In this document: positions 8,403-17,634 of the stretch, piece by piece
Layout of the letters: every line of letters starts with the position of its first letter
Numbering within the stretch: position 1 is the stretch's first letter
Assembly (NCBI GenBank): GCA_048939015.1
Contig: JBHLPW010000058.1
Span: forward strand, 1 to 29,110
Reading direction: 5' to 3'
Origin: Promethearchaeota archaeon
GTDB lineage: Archaea > Asgardarchaeota > Lokiarchaeia > Sigyniarchaeales > SOKP01
Length of the DNA: 29,110 nt
Position numbers and translations under genes: made by a program
Notes under the pieces: generated by a model
Seen by the model: only the letters and a program-made list of their open reading frames with translations
What the model was told of the DNA's origin: nothing
Databases searched by the model: none

Positions 8403-10127
8403 ATGAACATTGGAAGAAGAATGGTCTTTGGATTTTCTGTTCTGATTTTATTGTGTAGTGTAATAGGAATTGTTGGAATCTTTCAAATAAATGCTGTCAA
8501 TGCAAATATTCAAACAATAACAAATAAATATCTTATAACCGTTGAAGATTCAAGAGAGATTAAATATCATGGAGATGCAATGTCCCATTTGATGCATGAA
8601 TATGAATTAGGAGAAATAAATGGTACAGAAGTTGCATTTGATGATGAATCTGAAGAATTAGATGAGCACTTAACAGAATTAGAAGTTAAACTTCCTGAAT
8701 ATGAACATGAATTAGAACATATTAGAGAACACTATATGATAATGGCAAATACATGCAAAGCCCAAAATACAGGTATGTTTGATTTATTTGATGAAGCTTT
8801 TGAAGATATACATTATATCCATGAAATTGTTGAATCTTGGGAAGCAAGCCTCTTTTACATAAGAAATAATGCTCAATCTAATTTGACTATAGAAACCGCT
8901 AATTATATGCTATATCTGAGAGATGTTGAAGAACATGCGATGCATGAATATATTTTAAATAGAGAAATAGGTGCTAGCGTTGATGCAATAACAGATTCTG
9001 AAACAGAATTCAGTAGTTTAATACCAACATTAAAAACAGATTTAAATGCTTCAATGGTAGCAGAAATTGACACTCTTTTATATTGGCATGAAAGAACTGA
9101 TGGTGAAGGCGCTGTTGACAGAATTTTAGAATTAATATCTCATTACGATGATTCTTGGGAAGCCAGCGAGGTTCTTGAAGAAAATTATGATGAAATGAAA
9201 GAACATTTGGAAGAATTGGTCGTTTTACTTAATGGGGCAGTTGATGGGGCAGTCAATAATGCCAATTTTACCGTTTTTACAGCAATATTGGTTAGTATTA
9301 TAAGTCTCTCGACGGCAGTAGTACTAGGTATAGCAATCGCAATCCCGACAACTAGAGGGATCGTAAAGGTTACTAATAATATGGAGAGAGTATTAGCAGC
9401 AGGATCTAATGCAAGCGTTAATGTAGCAAATATGGCGACAGAATTGGCTGCAAGTGCTAGTGAAGTAAATGCCGCATCTGAAGAAATTGCATCTACAACT
9501 CAGGAAGTTTCAATGAATACGCAAGGTCAAGTAAATTCACTTGTAGAAATCAGTAAAATGTCGAGTAACATCAATGATCTTGCCCATGAAATCATGAAAT
9601 CAACTAACGATATAAATAGGATAATGGATCTGATAACCAGTATTTCAGATCAAACGAATTTATTAGCATTGAACGCAAGCATTGAAGCCGGTAGAGCTGG
9701 CGAGTACGGCCGAGGTTTCGCTGTAGTAGCTGACGAGGTTCGAAAGCTAGCTGAAGAATCTAAAAATGCAACTGATGACACTGCTACTCAAGTATCAGAT
9801 ATAACCAACCGTATAAGGTCTACTGTTGAATTAATAGGATCTATTACTCAGGATATTGAAAGTGCAACTGCAGCTGGAGAAGAAAATTCACGTGCACTTG
9901 AAGGAATTAGTGCCTCTTCAGAACAACAAACGGCTTCAATGGAAGAAATAACAGCAACAGCTAATAGACTTGGTACTTTAGCAGAAGATCTAAAGAATCA
10001 ATTAAAAGAACATGGAGATAATGGCAAAGTAAAAACTCAAAAACAGAAAATCGAAACAAGAAAAAGAATTTTAAAAGTACCTACCACTATAAAAAAATCA
10101 AAACAAATTCATAGCTATAAAGAATAA
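8403..10127 (+). CDS. Methyl-accepting chemotaxis-like receptor with large helical extracellular domain
   Basis: Two TM segments; hairpin tip [35 protein letters not shown]; methylation-type motifs [15 protein letters not shown]. Confidence 0.93.
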   Translation: MNIGRRMVFGFSVLILLCSVIGIVGIFQINAVNANIQTITNKYLITVEDSREIKYHGDAMSHLMHEYELGEINGTEVAFDDESEELDEHLTELEVKLPEYEHELEHIREHYMIMANTCKAQNTGMFDLFDEAFEDIHYIHEIVESWEASLFYIRNNAQSNLTIETANYMLYLRDVEEHAMHEYILNREIGASVDAITDSETEFSSLIPTLKTDLNASMVAEIDTLLYWHERTDGEGAVDRILELISHYDDSWEASEVLEENYDEMKEHLEELVVLLNGAVDGAVNNANFTVFTAILVSIISLSTAVVLGIAIAIPTTRGIVKVTNNMERVLAAGSNASVNVANMATELAASASEVNAASEEIASTTQEVSMNTQGQVNSLVEISKMSSNINDLAHEIMKSTNDINRIMDLITSISDQTNLLALNASIEAGRAGEYGRGFAVVADEVRKLAEESKNATDDTATQVSDITNRIRSTVELIGSITQDIESATAAGEENSRALEGISASSEQQTASMEEITATANRLGTLAEDLKNQLKEHGDNGKVKTQKQKIETRKRILKVPTTIKKSKQIHSYKE

Positions 10128-10148
10128 ATAGGTGATCATTAAATATCA

Positions 10149-10158
10149 TTTTTTTTTT
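10149..10158 (+). terminator. Oligo-T terminator
   Basis: T10 run about 20 bp after the MCP stop. Confidence 0.5.
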
Positions 10159-10247
10159 ATTATTAAATTTAATTGTCATGATAAAAATAAAAGTTAATAA
10201 TTACGCTCATCAAATGAGAACGCAAATCCTATAAATCCCTTTCTAAA

Positions 10248-10280
10248 AATAGGGGTTTGTCTTAGTGATAAACCCCTATT
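10248..10280. repeat. 14-bp inverted repeat / stem-loop
   Basis: AATAGGGGTTTGTC-TTAGT-GATAAACCCCTATT; 13 Watson-Crick pairs plus one G-U on the + strand. Confidence 0.8.
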
Positions 10281-10472
10281 ATATTATAAAATATAAAATT
10301 TTGAACTATAGTATATTTTTAAAATAAATATAAATAAAGGTGTAATAATTTTGTTAATTAGAATTTCAAGAATTTATTATAATTTTTAAATTTCTATTCC
10401 AATATTTTATAATAACTAGTATAAAAAGTAATAAATGGGGAATTATAACTATTTAAAGGAGTATTCCATAAA

Positions 10473-11201
10473 ATGACCAAAAAAAATAATTCAAAAGAAA
10501 AAGAAAGAATTACAATATTAGTATCTGATGCTACAAAGAATAGATGGCAAGATTTTAGTAAAACAAAAAAATACTCTACATTATCAAAATTAATAAGAGA
10601 ATCTGTAGAATTCTTTATTGACTTTAGTTCAAAACCAAATCCCATAACCACTATTTCAAAATTATCACACGATTTAAAAGAACCTTTAACTGCCATTAAA
10701 GGCTTTTCACACTTATTAATTGAAAATTATAAAGATAGACTTGATTGGGGAACTTTAACAAAGATTAAACAAGTCTATGATCAGAGTATAATTCTTGAAG
10801 ACATTATTAAAGGTGTTTTAGATGATTATCAATATGATAAAGTTCAGTATGATATATTGATTGTTGACGATGATAGTTCCACTAATAATGTATTGCTTGA
10901 TTTTTTTCAATTAAAAGGATACTCTTGTAAAGATTTTACTTTAGGATTGGAAATTTTTAAAGAATTAGAAATAATTAAACCAAAAATAATTCTTTTAGAT
11001 ATTCTACTCCCAGATTTAAATGGATATGAAATCTGTAAAAAAATAAAATCAGATGAAATATTTAATGATATTCTTGTTTTTTATATATCTGCTGTTCCGG
11101 AAAGTGAAATTATGCAGCATATGGAAGAAACTATGGCAGATGGGTATTTCTTGAAACCTTTTAATTTCCTTGAATTCGAAAAATTATTTAATTTTTTATA
11201 A
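10473..11201 (+). CDS. RHH-HisKA(DHp)-REC fusion response regulator lacking an HATPase domain
   Basis: RHH pattern RITILVSD...STLSKLIRESVE; H-box SHDLKEPLTAIKGF (H66); receiver IVDDD, LLD176ILLP, S206, K228PF. Confidence 0.85.
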   Translation: MTKKNNSKEKERITILVSDATKNRWQDFSKTKKYSTLSKLIRESVEFFIDFSSKPNPITTISKLSHDLKEPLTAIKGFSHLLIENYKDRLDWGTLTKIKQVYDQSIILEDIIKGVLDDYQYDKVQYDILIVDDDSSTNNVLLDFFQLKGYSCKDFTLGLEIFKELEIIKPKIILLDILLPDLNGYEICKKIKSDEIFNDILVFYISAVPESEIMQHMEETMADGYFLKPFNFLEFEKLFNFL

Positions 11202-12642
11202 ATTGAGCTTTATATAATCTCAAAGTAAAAGTAGATCCGCAGTTTCTACCAGATGATTCAACAAATAAGTGACCTTCATGTAATTCTACAATTTCTTTAG
11301 ATAAATAGAGTCCAATACCAGTACCATCAATATCAACATTTAAATTTTTACCATACCTTTCTATTTTTCCAAATGGTGTAAATAACATTTCAATCTCTTC
11401 TTGAGTTAACCCTATACCATTATCTTTAATTCTTAAATCTACATGATTATTATTTTCAATTGTACTTATTTGAATTTCTCCCTCAGGTGGAGTATTTTTT
11501 ATAGCGTTTGAAAGAATATTTATTATAACTTGTTCTATTCTAAGGCGATCAATATTCAGAAATAAAGAGTCAGATAATTCTGATTTTAATGTTAAATTAC
11601 GTTTTATAGCCAAAATAATAATCTCATCAATACAATTTTGGATTACTTCAGAAAGGTTTGTTTTCTTCTTTTTTATTATTAACTTTCCAGATTCTAACAT
11701 AGAAATATCTAAAATATTTTCAACTAAAGCATTTAGTCTCAACCCTCCTTTATGAATCGTATCAATAAATCGAATTATATGAAAATTGATATCATTTTTA
11801 TAATTAGTTAAAAGGTGTTGAGTGGCACTTTGTATTGAATTTAAAGGTGTTTTTAATTCATGTGAAACTCGTGTAATTAAGTTTTTTCTAAATTGATCAA
11901 GTTCCTGTAATTTTTTGTTTTCTTCTATTATCATTTTTTCTGCTTTAACTTTTTCAGTGATATTTTTACAATAATTTATAATTCCTATCATTTCTGTGGT
12001 ATCTTGATCAAATAAAGGAAAAGAGAAAATTTCTACCCAGTCAATTTCATTATTATTCTCATTATTTACAGCATGAATTTTACTTTTTATTAATTTATTT
12101 TTAATTAGACTTAAATTAGGACAGTCTTCACAGCCTTTATTCCTATTTTCATAAATTTCATAACATTTTTTCCCTATTATTTGATTTTTATGAGAATACC
12201 ATTTTTCAATTGTAGGATTTATATGTAAAATATTAAGATCTTTATCAAGAACTACTATTCCATCTTGAATACCGGAAAATAAATCATAAGCTCCAGATAT
12301 TAATCGTAAATATGCTTGTTCAGATTCTTTAATTACGCGATCAAGGATTACTTGTTTTTTAATAATAAAATTTCCAAAAATATAAATAATGACAAAAAAA
12401 GTTAAAATAATCAGATATGTCCAAAACTCATGAAAATTTAAAGTAAAAATTGATTTATGTAAATCTCCCCCATGATGAATAAAGAGATCGATGAATGTAT
12501 AAATTATTAGAATTATTAAAATGGAGAGGATTAATACTAATTTTAATTTTTTTAGCAGACATTTGGTTTCTTCTTTTAAATTTACAGCAAGAAAAGACTT
12601 ATATTCCCTGATTTGATCAGAGTTATTTTCTTTGTTATTCAT
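11188..12642 (-). CDS. Membrane PAS-domain sensor histidine kinase
   Basis: Two TM; PAS (DGIVVLD...NP...GKKCYE); H-box SHELKTPL; N-box NILSNAIK; G1 DNGIG; F-box LFTPF; G2 GTGIGL. Confidence 0.95.
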   Translation of the reverse strand: MNNKENNSDQIREYKSFLAVNLKEETKCLLKKLKLVLILSILIILIIYTFIDLFIHHGGDLHKSIFTLNFHEFWTYLIILTFFVIIYIFGNFIIKKQVILDRVIKESEQAYLRLISGAYDLFSGIQDGIVVLDKDLNILHINPTIEKWYSHKNQIIGKKCYEIYENRNKGCEDCPNLSLIKNKLIKSKIHAVNNENNNEIDWVEIFSFPLFDQDTTEMIGIINYCKNITEKVKAEKMIIEENKKLQELDQFRKNLITRVSHELKTPLNSIQSATQHLLTNYKNDINFHIIRFIDTIHKGGLRLNALVENILDISMLESGKLIIKKKKTNLSEVIQNCIDEIIILAIKRNLTLKSELSDSLFLNIDRLRIEQVIINILSNAIKNTPPEGEIQISTIENNNHVDLRIKDNGIGLTQEEIEMLFTPFGKIERYGKNLNVDIDGTGIGLYLSKEIVELHEGHLFVESSGRNCGSTFTLRLYKAQFIKN

Positions 12643-12849
12643 CCCTTCCTCAAATTAAATTCAATAAAAAAAATTTAAATCTTTAAAATTAAACCCTTAA
12701 GGTGTTAAAATACTCTCTTAATGCTCTTAATTCAGTAGTATTAGAAGTGTTATTTATATCTTTTTAAAAGCTTAATTGAGAAGAATATAAGTAATTTAAA
12801 GACTTTTTCTAACTAAAGTATAAAATAAATTTAGGAAGAGAGATAAAAT

Positions 12850-14250
12850 TTGGTTGAAAAATGTGATATTCTTATTGTGGGTGCTGGAACTGCGGGCACC
12901 TATTTAGGATGGCTTCTTGCTAAAAAAGGATTATCCGTAATTATTATTGAAAAGGATAAGAGAAGTGGAGTAGGAAAAAGACTGGATGTGATTCATTTTG
13001 AGACTGATAGGGTTGAAGAAGCAGGAATTCCACCATTTCAAGTAGGAGAACCTGATTGTATTGAAATTAGAGATACTTCTATAGCGGTCACACCCGATTT
13101 TAAGACAGAAATTAAAATAAGAGCTCTTCAAACAATTGTAAGATTAACACCATTTTTAAATCGGATGTATAAAGTTCTGGAATCAGATGGGGCAAAATTG
13201 GAATTCTCATGTGAATTTAAAAAGTGTATTTTTGAAGAAAATCAATTAGTTGGTCTAGTTGCCGAAAAAGAAGGAGTTAATGTGGAATATAGGTCAAAAA
13301 TGATCATCGATGCTTCCGGTAAGAGTGCGGTAATAAGAACTTCTTTACCAGAAGATTATGGGGTTGAGACTTTCAAATTAGGTCCCAACGATGTAATGTA
13401 TGTCCTTTTACAATATATTAAATGGAAAAATCCAGATGAACCTCATCCCGTACCAGATACAGGATATCAATGGTGGTTATTGTGGTTTGGCCCCTCTTAT
13501 CAGAAGAATGGAGCAATTTTAGGAGTAGGACAACCTGGATCATTTGAAAATGCGAGATTAGCACGAGAGGATTTTTTAAATAGAATGGATCTTCCAGCTT
13601 ATGAAATAATCAAAAAAGAACAAGGAAGTACTCCTTATAGACGACCCCCTTATTCCTTAGTGGGAGATAGATTTTTATGTATTGGAGATGCTTCGGTGAT
13701 AACTTATCCTTTTTCAGGTCATGGCGTAACAGCAACTTGGATGTTATGTATGATTGCATCAAAAGTTATAGAAAATGCCTTTAAGACTGGAAAAGAATTA
13801 AGTAGAGACGTACTCTGGGAAATTAATGTGAAATATTTTAGAGATCAAGGAGCTAAATTTGCTAGTCTTTTTACACAATTATCAGGAGTTTTGAATTTCA
13901 ATGAAAAGGAATGGAATTATTTTCTGAAAAAAGGATTAATTTATCAGACTGGAGAGGGAGACGATATTCCTGAACCAAATAAAGAATATGAAGAAGAAAT
14001 GAGTGTAGGTGAAATGTTGAAATTTATTATCAGAATTTTAGGAGGATTAATCCGAAGAAAATTATCCTTCAAACACATGAAAAGATTACTTCAAGCTAAT
14101 GGTCTTGCAGGAAAAATCAAAAAACATTATGAAAATTATCCAGATAATTTTAAGGAGTTCAAAGAATGGATTAAAAATGCAGAAGAATTATGGAATCAAA
14201 AGAAAAAGGCAATTAAGAAACTCTCCACAGTGGAAATTGAATACTATTAA
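12850..14250 (+). CDS. FAD-dependent oxidoreductase, geranylgeranyl reductase-like
   Basis: GAGTAG Rossmann motif, IIEK, IDASG, IGDA...PFSGHG. Confidence 0.8.
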   Translation: MVEKCDILIVGAGTAGTYLGWLLAKKGLSVIIIEKDKRSGVGKRLDVIHFETDRVEEAGIPPFQVGEPDCIEIRDTSIAVTPDFKTEIKIRALQTIVRLTPFLNRMYKVLESDGAKLEFSCEFKKCIFEENQLVGLVAEKEGVNVEYRSKMIIDASGKSAVIRTSLPEDYGVETFKLGPNDVMYVLLQYIKWKNPDEPHPVPDTGYQWWLLWFGPSYQKNGAILGVGQPGSFENARLAREDFLNRMDLPAYEIIKKEQGSTPYRRPPYSLVGDRFLCIGDASVITYPFSGHGVTATWMLCMIASKVIENAFKTGKELSRDVLWEINVKYFRDQGAKFASLFTQLSGVLNFNEKEWNYFLKKGLIYQTGEGDDIPEPNKEYEEEMSVGEMLKFIIRILGGLIRRKLSFKHMKRLLQANGLAGKIKKHYENYPDNFKEFKEWIKNAEELWNQKKKAIKKLSTVEIEYY

Positions 14251-14419
14251 AATCACTTTTTTAGAATTTTTATATAAAAATCATTCTATACATCGCATAA
14301 ACTATTATATATCTTAATGTTTAAAACTTATTTAATATTTAATTTTAAAAAAAAAACATATACTTCTCAAAAATACAAACTGTATGTGTTCTTAATATAA
14401 ATAATATGAGTTTTGGAAA

Positions 14420-15838
14420 ATGTCAGATGTTAGAAATGAAGAAGTTATTTATAAAAAACGTATAATGGCTTCATATGGATCAAGAGAGCTTTTTGGACAA
14501 TGGATTAGTGCTGCTTTTGGATTTTATGTATTTTTTTTCTATGAAAACGTAATTGAATTACCAGTTACATTACTAGCTTTAGCTTTTACTTTGTACTCTA
14601 TTTGGAATGCGGTGAATGACCCTTTGATCGGTTGGTTAATGGAAAAAATACATATGCCCTGGGAGAAAAAGGGGTATAGAAGGTTTCCTTGGATGATTAT
14701 TGGAGCTATTCCATGGTTGATTTGCTATTTGTTAATTTTTCTCGTACCAGAAGCGTGGCAAGCAGATCCAATAGGTAATCAATGGTTAATATTTGGTTGG
14801 TACTTAGGTGTTCTTATACTTTATGACACTGTTTTGACTTTATATGATGTAAATGTGATTTCATTATTTCCAGATAAATTTAGAGGATTAAAAGAACGAA
14901 GAACAGTCCAAGGATTTGGTACAATGCTAGGAATTTTGGGTCTTGTTCTTGCATTTATCCTTCCTGGTCTTTTTATGGATGAAACGGTTGCCTCAACATA
15001 TGTAAACGCTGCAATATTTAGTGTTATCATGGGATTTGTTTTATTTCTATTTATCCTTCCCGGAGTATTTGAAGATAAAAAAGTTAGAGATTTATATCGA
15101 CAAAGAAAAGAAACACACCAAGAAGTAGAGCTAGAACCTTTCTTAAAGTCATCAGTCACTGTTTTGAAAGATAGAACATTCATGATGAAAGTTGTTTTTT
15201 TCTTTGGATATCAAGTTGGAGGTGTAATGATACAAACATCAGCATTGTATGTTTCCTTTAATTTATTACTAATGGGAAATGATGCAATTATGTACTTACT
15301 AGGTGCTATGCTTGTAGGTGCTTTAATATCAACACCTATATGGACAACCCTTACGATAAGAGTTAACGATAATAGAAAAATGAGTATAGTAGCCGGTATT
15401 TTATTGTTTGTTACCTTCTTACCTCTAATTTTTGCGTCAGGTTTAATAAGTTGGATGATTTTCTTACTGTTTTTTGGTATAGGAATAGGAGGTCACTGGT
15501 ATATCGATCCACCTACAATGGGAGATGTGCTTGATGATATAGCTGTCAGAACTGGAAAAAGTCAACAATCAATATATTATGGTTTTCAGTCATTCATAAT
15601 CAAATTTGGTCAAGCATTTATCGCCATAACAATAGCAATGAGTCATGTCCTTACAGGGTATGTACCAGGTCAAGCGGCCCAGGATGGTTTAGCTTTATTT
15701 GGTGTTCGCCTTCATACTGCAATAGTGCCTGCCATTCTTGTTCTGATCACATTAATCTTTTTCTGGAAATACTATAAGCTCTCACCTGAAAAAGTTGCTG
15801 AAAATAAGAGAAAGTTGGAAGAAATGCGTTTAAGATGA
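14420..15838 (+). CDS. MFS transporter, glycoside-pentoside-hexuronide (MelB-like) family
   Basis: About 12 TM; WNAVNDPLIG, GYRRFPW, GDVLDD...TGKSQQSIYYG. Confidence 0.88.
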   Translation: MSDVRNEEVIYKKRIMASYGSRELFGQWISAAFGFYVFFFYENVIELPVTLLALAFTLYSIWNAVNDPLIGWLMEKIHMPWEKKGYRRFPWMIIGAIPWLICYLLIFLVPEAWQADPIGNQWLIFGWYLGVLILYDTVLTLYDVNVISLFPDKFRGLKERRTVQGFGTMLGILGLVLAFILPGLFMDETVASTYVNAAIFSVIMGFVLFLFILPGVFEDKKVRDLYRQRKETHQEVELEPFLKSSVTVLKDRTFMMKVVFFFGYQVGGVMIQTSALYVSFNLLLMGNDAIMYLLGAMLVGALISTPIWTTLTIRVNDNRKMSIVAGILLFVTFLPLIFASGLISWMIFLLFFGIGIGGHWYIDPPTMGDVLDDIAVRTGKSQQSIYYGFQSFIIKFGQAFIAITIAMSHVLTGYVPGQAAQDGLALFGVRLHTAIVPAILVLITLIFFWKYYKLSPEKVAENKRKLEEMRLR

Positions 15839-15845
15839 ATTTTAA

Positions 15846-15858
15846 TTTTTTTTTTTTT
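15846..15858 (+). terminator. Oligo-T terminator
   Basis: T13 run just after the MFS stop. Confidence 0.55.
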
Positions 15859-16019
15859 ATATTTATTGAAATAAAACTCCTTTATACAAAATTTTCTAAA
15901 GAATTTTTAATTATTTTTCTCGAAATTAATATACTATCAAAATTAAAAATTAATTATCTGAGAAAGCAAAGATAGATTTTCATTATTAATCTATTAAACT
16001 GTTATTGAAGTGCTTAAAA

Positions 16020-16649
16020 ATGGACGTTTTTAATAAAATAAAAGAATTAAAACTAATACCAGTTGCGGTCATAGATAACGTAAATAATGCTATTCCTTTA
16101 GGGAAAGCATTAGTTGATGCGGGACTCCCAATTATTGAAATAACTTTTAGAACAGATAATGCAGTAGATTCTATTAAAAGATTAACTAAAGAATTACCAG
16201 ATATGTTGATAGGTGCTGGAACCGTTCTAAAAATTGATCAAGTGAAGAATGCCGTGAAAGCTGGAACTCAATTTATTGTAACTCCTGGTTTCAATCCAAA
16301 AGTTGTTGATTATTGTATAGAGGGTAAAATTCCAATAATTCCTGGTGTAAATACTCCTACAATGGTGGAGTGGGCACTTGATAGAGGTTTAAATATATTG
16401 AAATTTTTTCCCGCTGATCTTTCTGGAGGACCAAAAATGCTTAAGAGTTTATTAGGGCCTTATCCAGATGTAGGATTTGTGCCTACTGGAGGGATAAATA
16501 TTGATTCTTTAAAAAATTATTTGGAATTACCAAATGTTATCGCATGTGGAGGAAGTTGGATAGTGAATAAAGATCTAATTTCAAATGGAAAGTTTAATGA
16601 AATAAAAAGTTTAACAAAAGAAGCGCTTAAACTTATTAAATCAAATTAA
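16020..16649 (+). CDS. eda: KDPG/KHG aldolase (bacterial-type Eda)
   Basis: IEITFRT, GAGTVL, FIVTPG, PGVNTPT, Schiff-base KFFPA, PTGGI. ATG 16020 preferred to TTG 16005. Confidence 0.93.
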   Translation: MDVFNKIKELKLIPVAVIDNVNNAIPLGKALVDAGLPIIEITFRTDNAVDSIKRLTKELPDMLIGAGTVLKIDQVKNAVKAGTQFIVTPGFNPKVVDYCIEGKIPIIPGVNTPTMVEWALDRGLNILKFFPADLSGGPKMLKSLLGPYPDVGFVPTGGINIDSLKNYLELPNVIACGGSWIVNKDLISNGKFNEIKSLTKEALKLIKSN

Positions 16650-16676
16650 GGATCCTAAATTTTACAAATTTAAGAA

Positions 16677-17315
16677 TTACCCGTAAAACAAACGATATAA
16701 TTCATGATATAATTCAGCTAACTTAGAAATCTTATCGTTATCATTTTCTCGTAATGCATAATAGATGTAGCTGTAGAGACCTTCTTGGTGTTTCATCCAT
16801 TCAATAAATCCTTCAATTTCAGCTTTAAGGTATGGATCAATTGAGGGTTTAGATAATGAAGTTTGAGGCATTTTAGCCGTGGAAGCCTCATCATCTGCCA
16901 AATTCACGTCTGTTTCAATAAATTGGGATTGCGAACCTTTTTTCATCATTGCTGTGGCTCTTGCTACCGCCGGATATGCCATGTGAAACCACCCTTTAGC
17001 CTTTGCTTTCACGTGTGCAATCATAAATTTATCACCATCTGGAGTAGCTGCTCCTATTAAATGTCCCTTCTTATGAAGATTGGTCCCGATAAACCTTTCT
17101 GGTTCCATTTGAAGGATTGAATACCTAATTTCGTTAATTTCTACTGACTGAGCAGTCCCACTGGCCCAGTTTGCGAGAAATGCTTTAAGATCTCCCTTAA
17201 CATCCCATTTTGGAGTAGAAAAAAGAACTTTCCCATTCTTACTAATGATTGCTACATCTATAGCGTCAGGATAATGTTTTTGAAGACTTTTTACAATAGA
17301 CTTATAATTAGTCAT
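16677..17315 (-). CDS. Asgard-type profilin domain with about 85-aa C-terminal extension
   Basis: Residues 1-126 show AIISKNGKVLFSTPKW, SVEINEIRYSIL, ERFIGTN, KGHLI, matching my recollection of Lokiarchaeal profilins; then a polar linker and a helical domain. Confidence 0.75.
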   Translation of the reverse strand: MTNYKSIVKSLQKHYPDAIDVAIISKNGKVLFSTPKWDVKGDLKAFLANWASGTAQSVEINEIRYSILQMEPERFIGTNLHKKGHLIGAATPDGDKFMIAHVKAKAKGWFHMAYPAVARATAMMKKGSQSQFIETDVNLADDEASTAKMPQTSLSKPSIDPYLKAEIEGFIEWMKHQEGLYSYIYYALRENDNDKISKLAELYHELYRLFYG

Positions 17316-17634
17316 AATTTATTAGTTCCATTTCACTCTGATTCTGATAAATTTATCTATTTCTCTAGTGATTCTAACAATATGAATTTTTTTTAGAGTT
17401 TTAAACGAATTTATAGTTCTATAATTAAATTTTTGCAGTTTTAATATATATTTTTTTGTTGAATATCTTCGTAATTTTAGTTATAAAGAATGTTTTTAAA
17501 TTTAAGTCAATTATATTTTTTTATATACTAATTTTGAGAGATGAAAATGCTATAAGCAATAAGAAATATTATTACCAATTTTATTTGTAATAATCTTTTT
17601 TGAAATTAAAGCATCTCAATAACGATATTTTCAA

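Noticed and set aside
8390-12706. AAGGTGT motif near all three signalling genes (about 8390, 10337, 12700)
   Set aside because: The first copy is explained as an RBS, position and orientation are inconsistent, and a 7-mer can recur by chance.
17346-17357. Palindrome GATAAATTTATC upstream of the profilin gene
   Set aside because: AT-rich 12-mer at the expected TATA position; not distinguishable from background.
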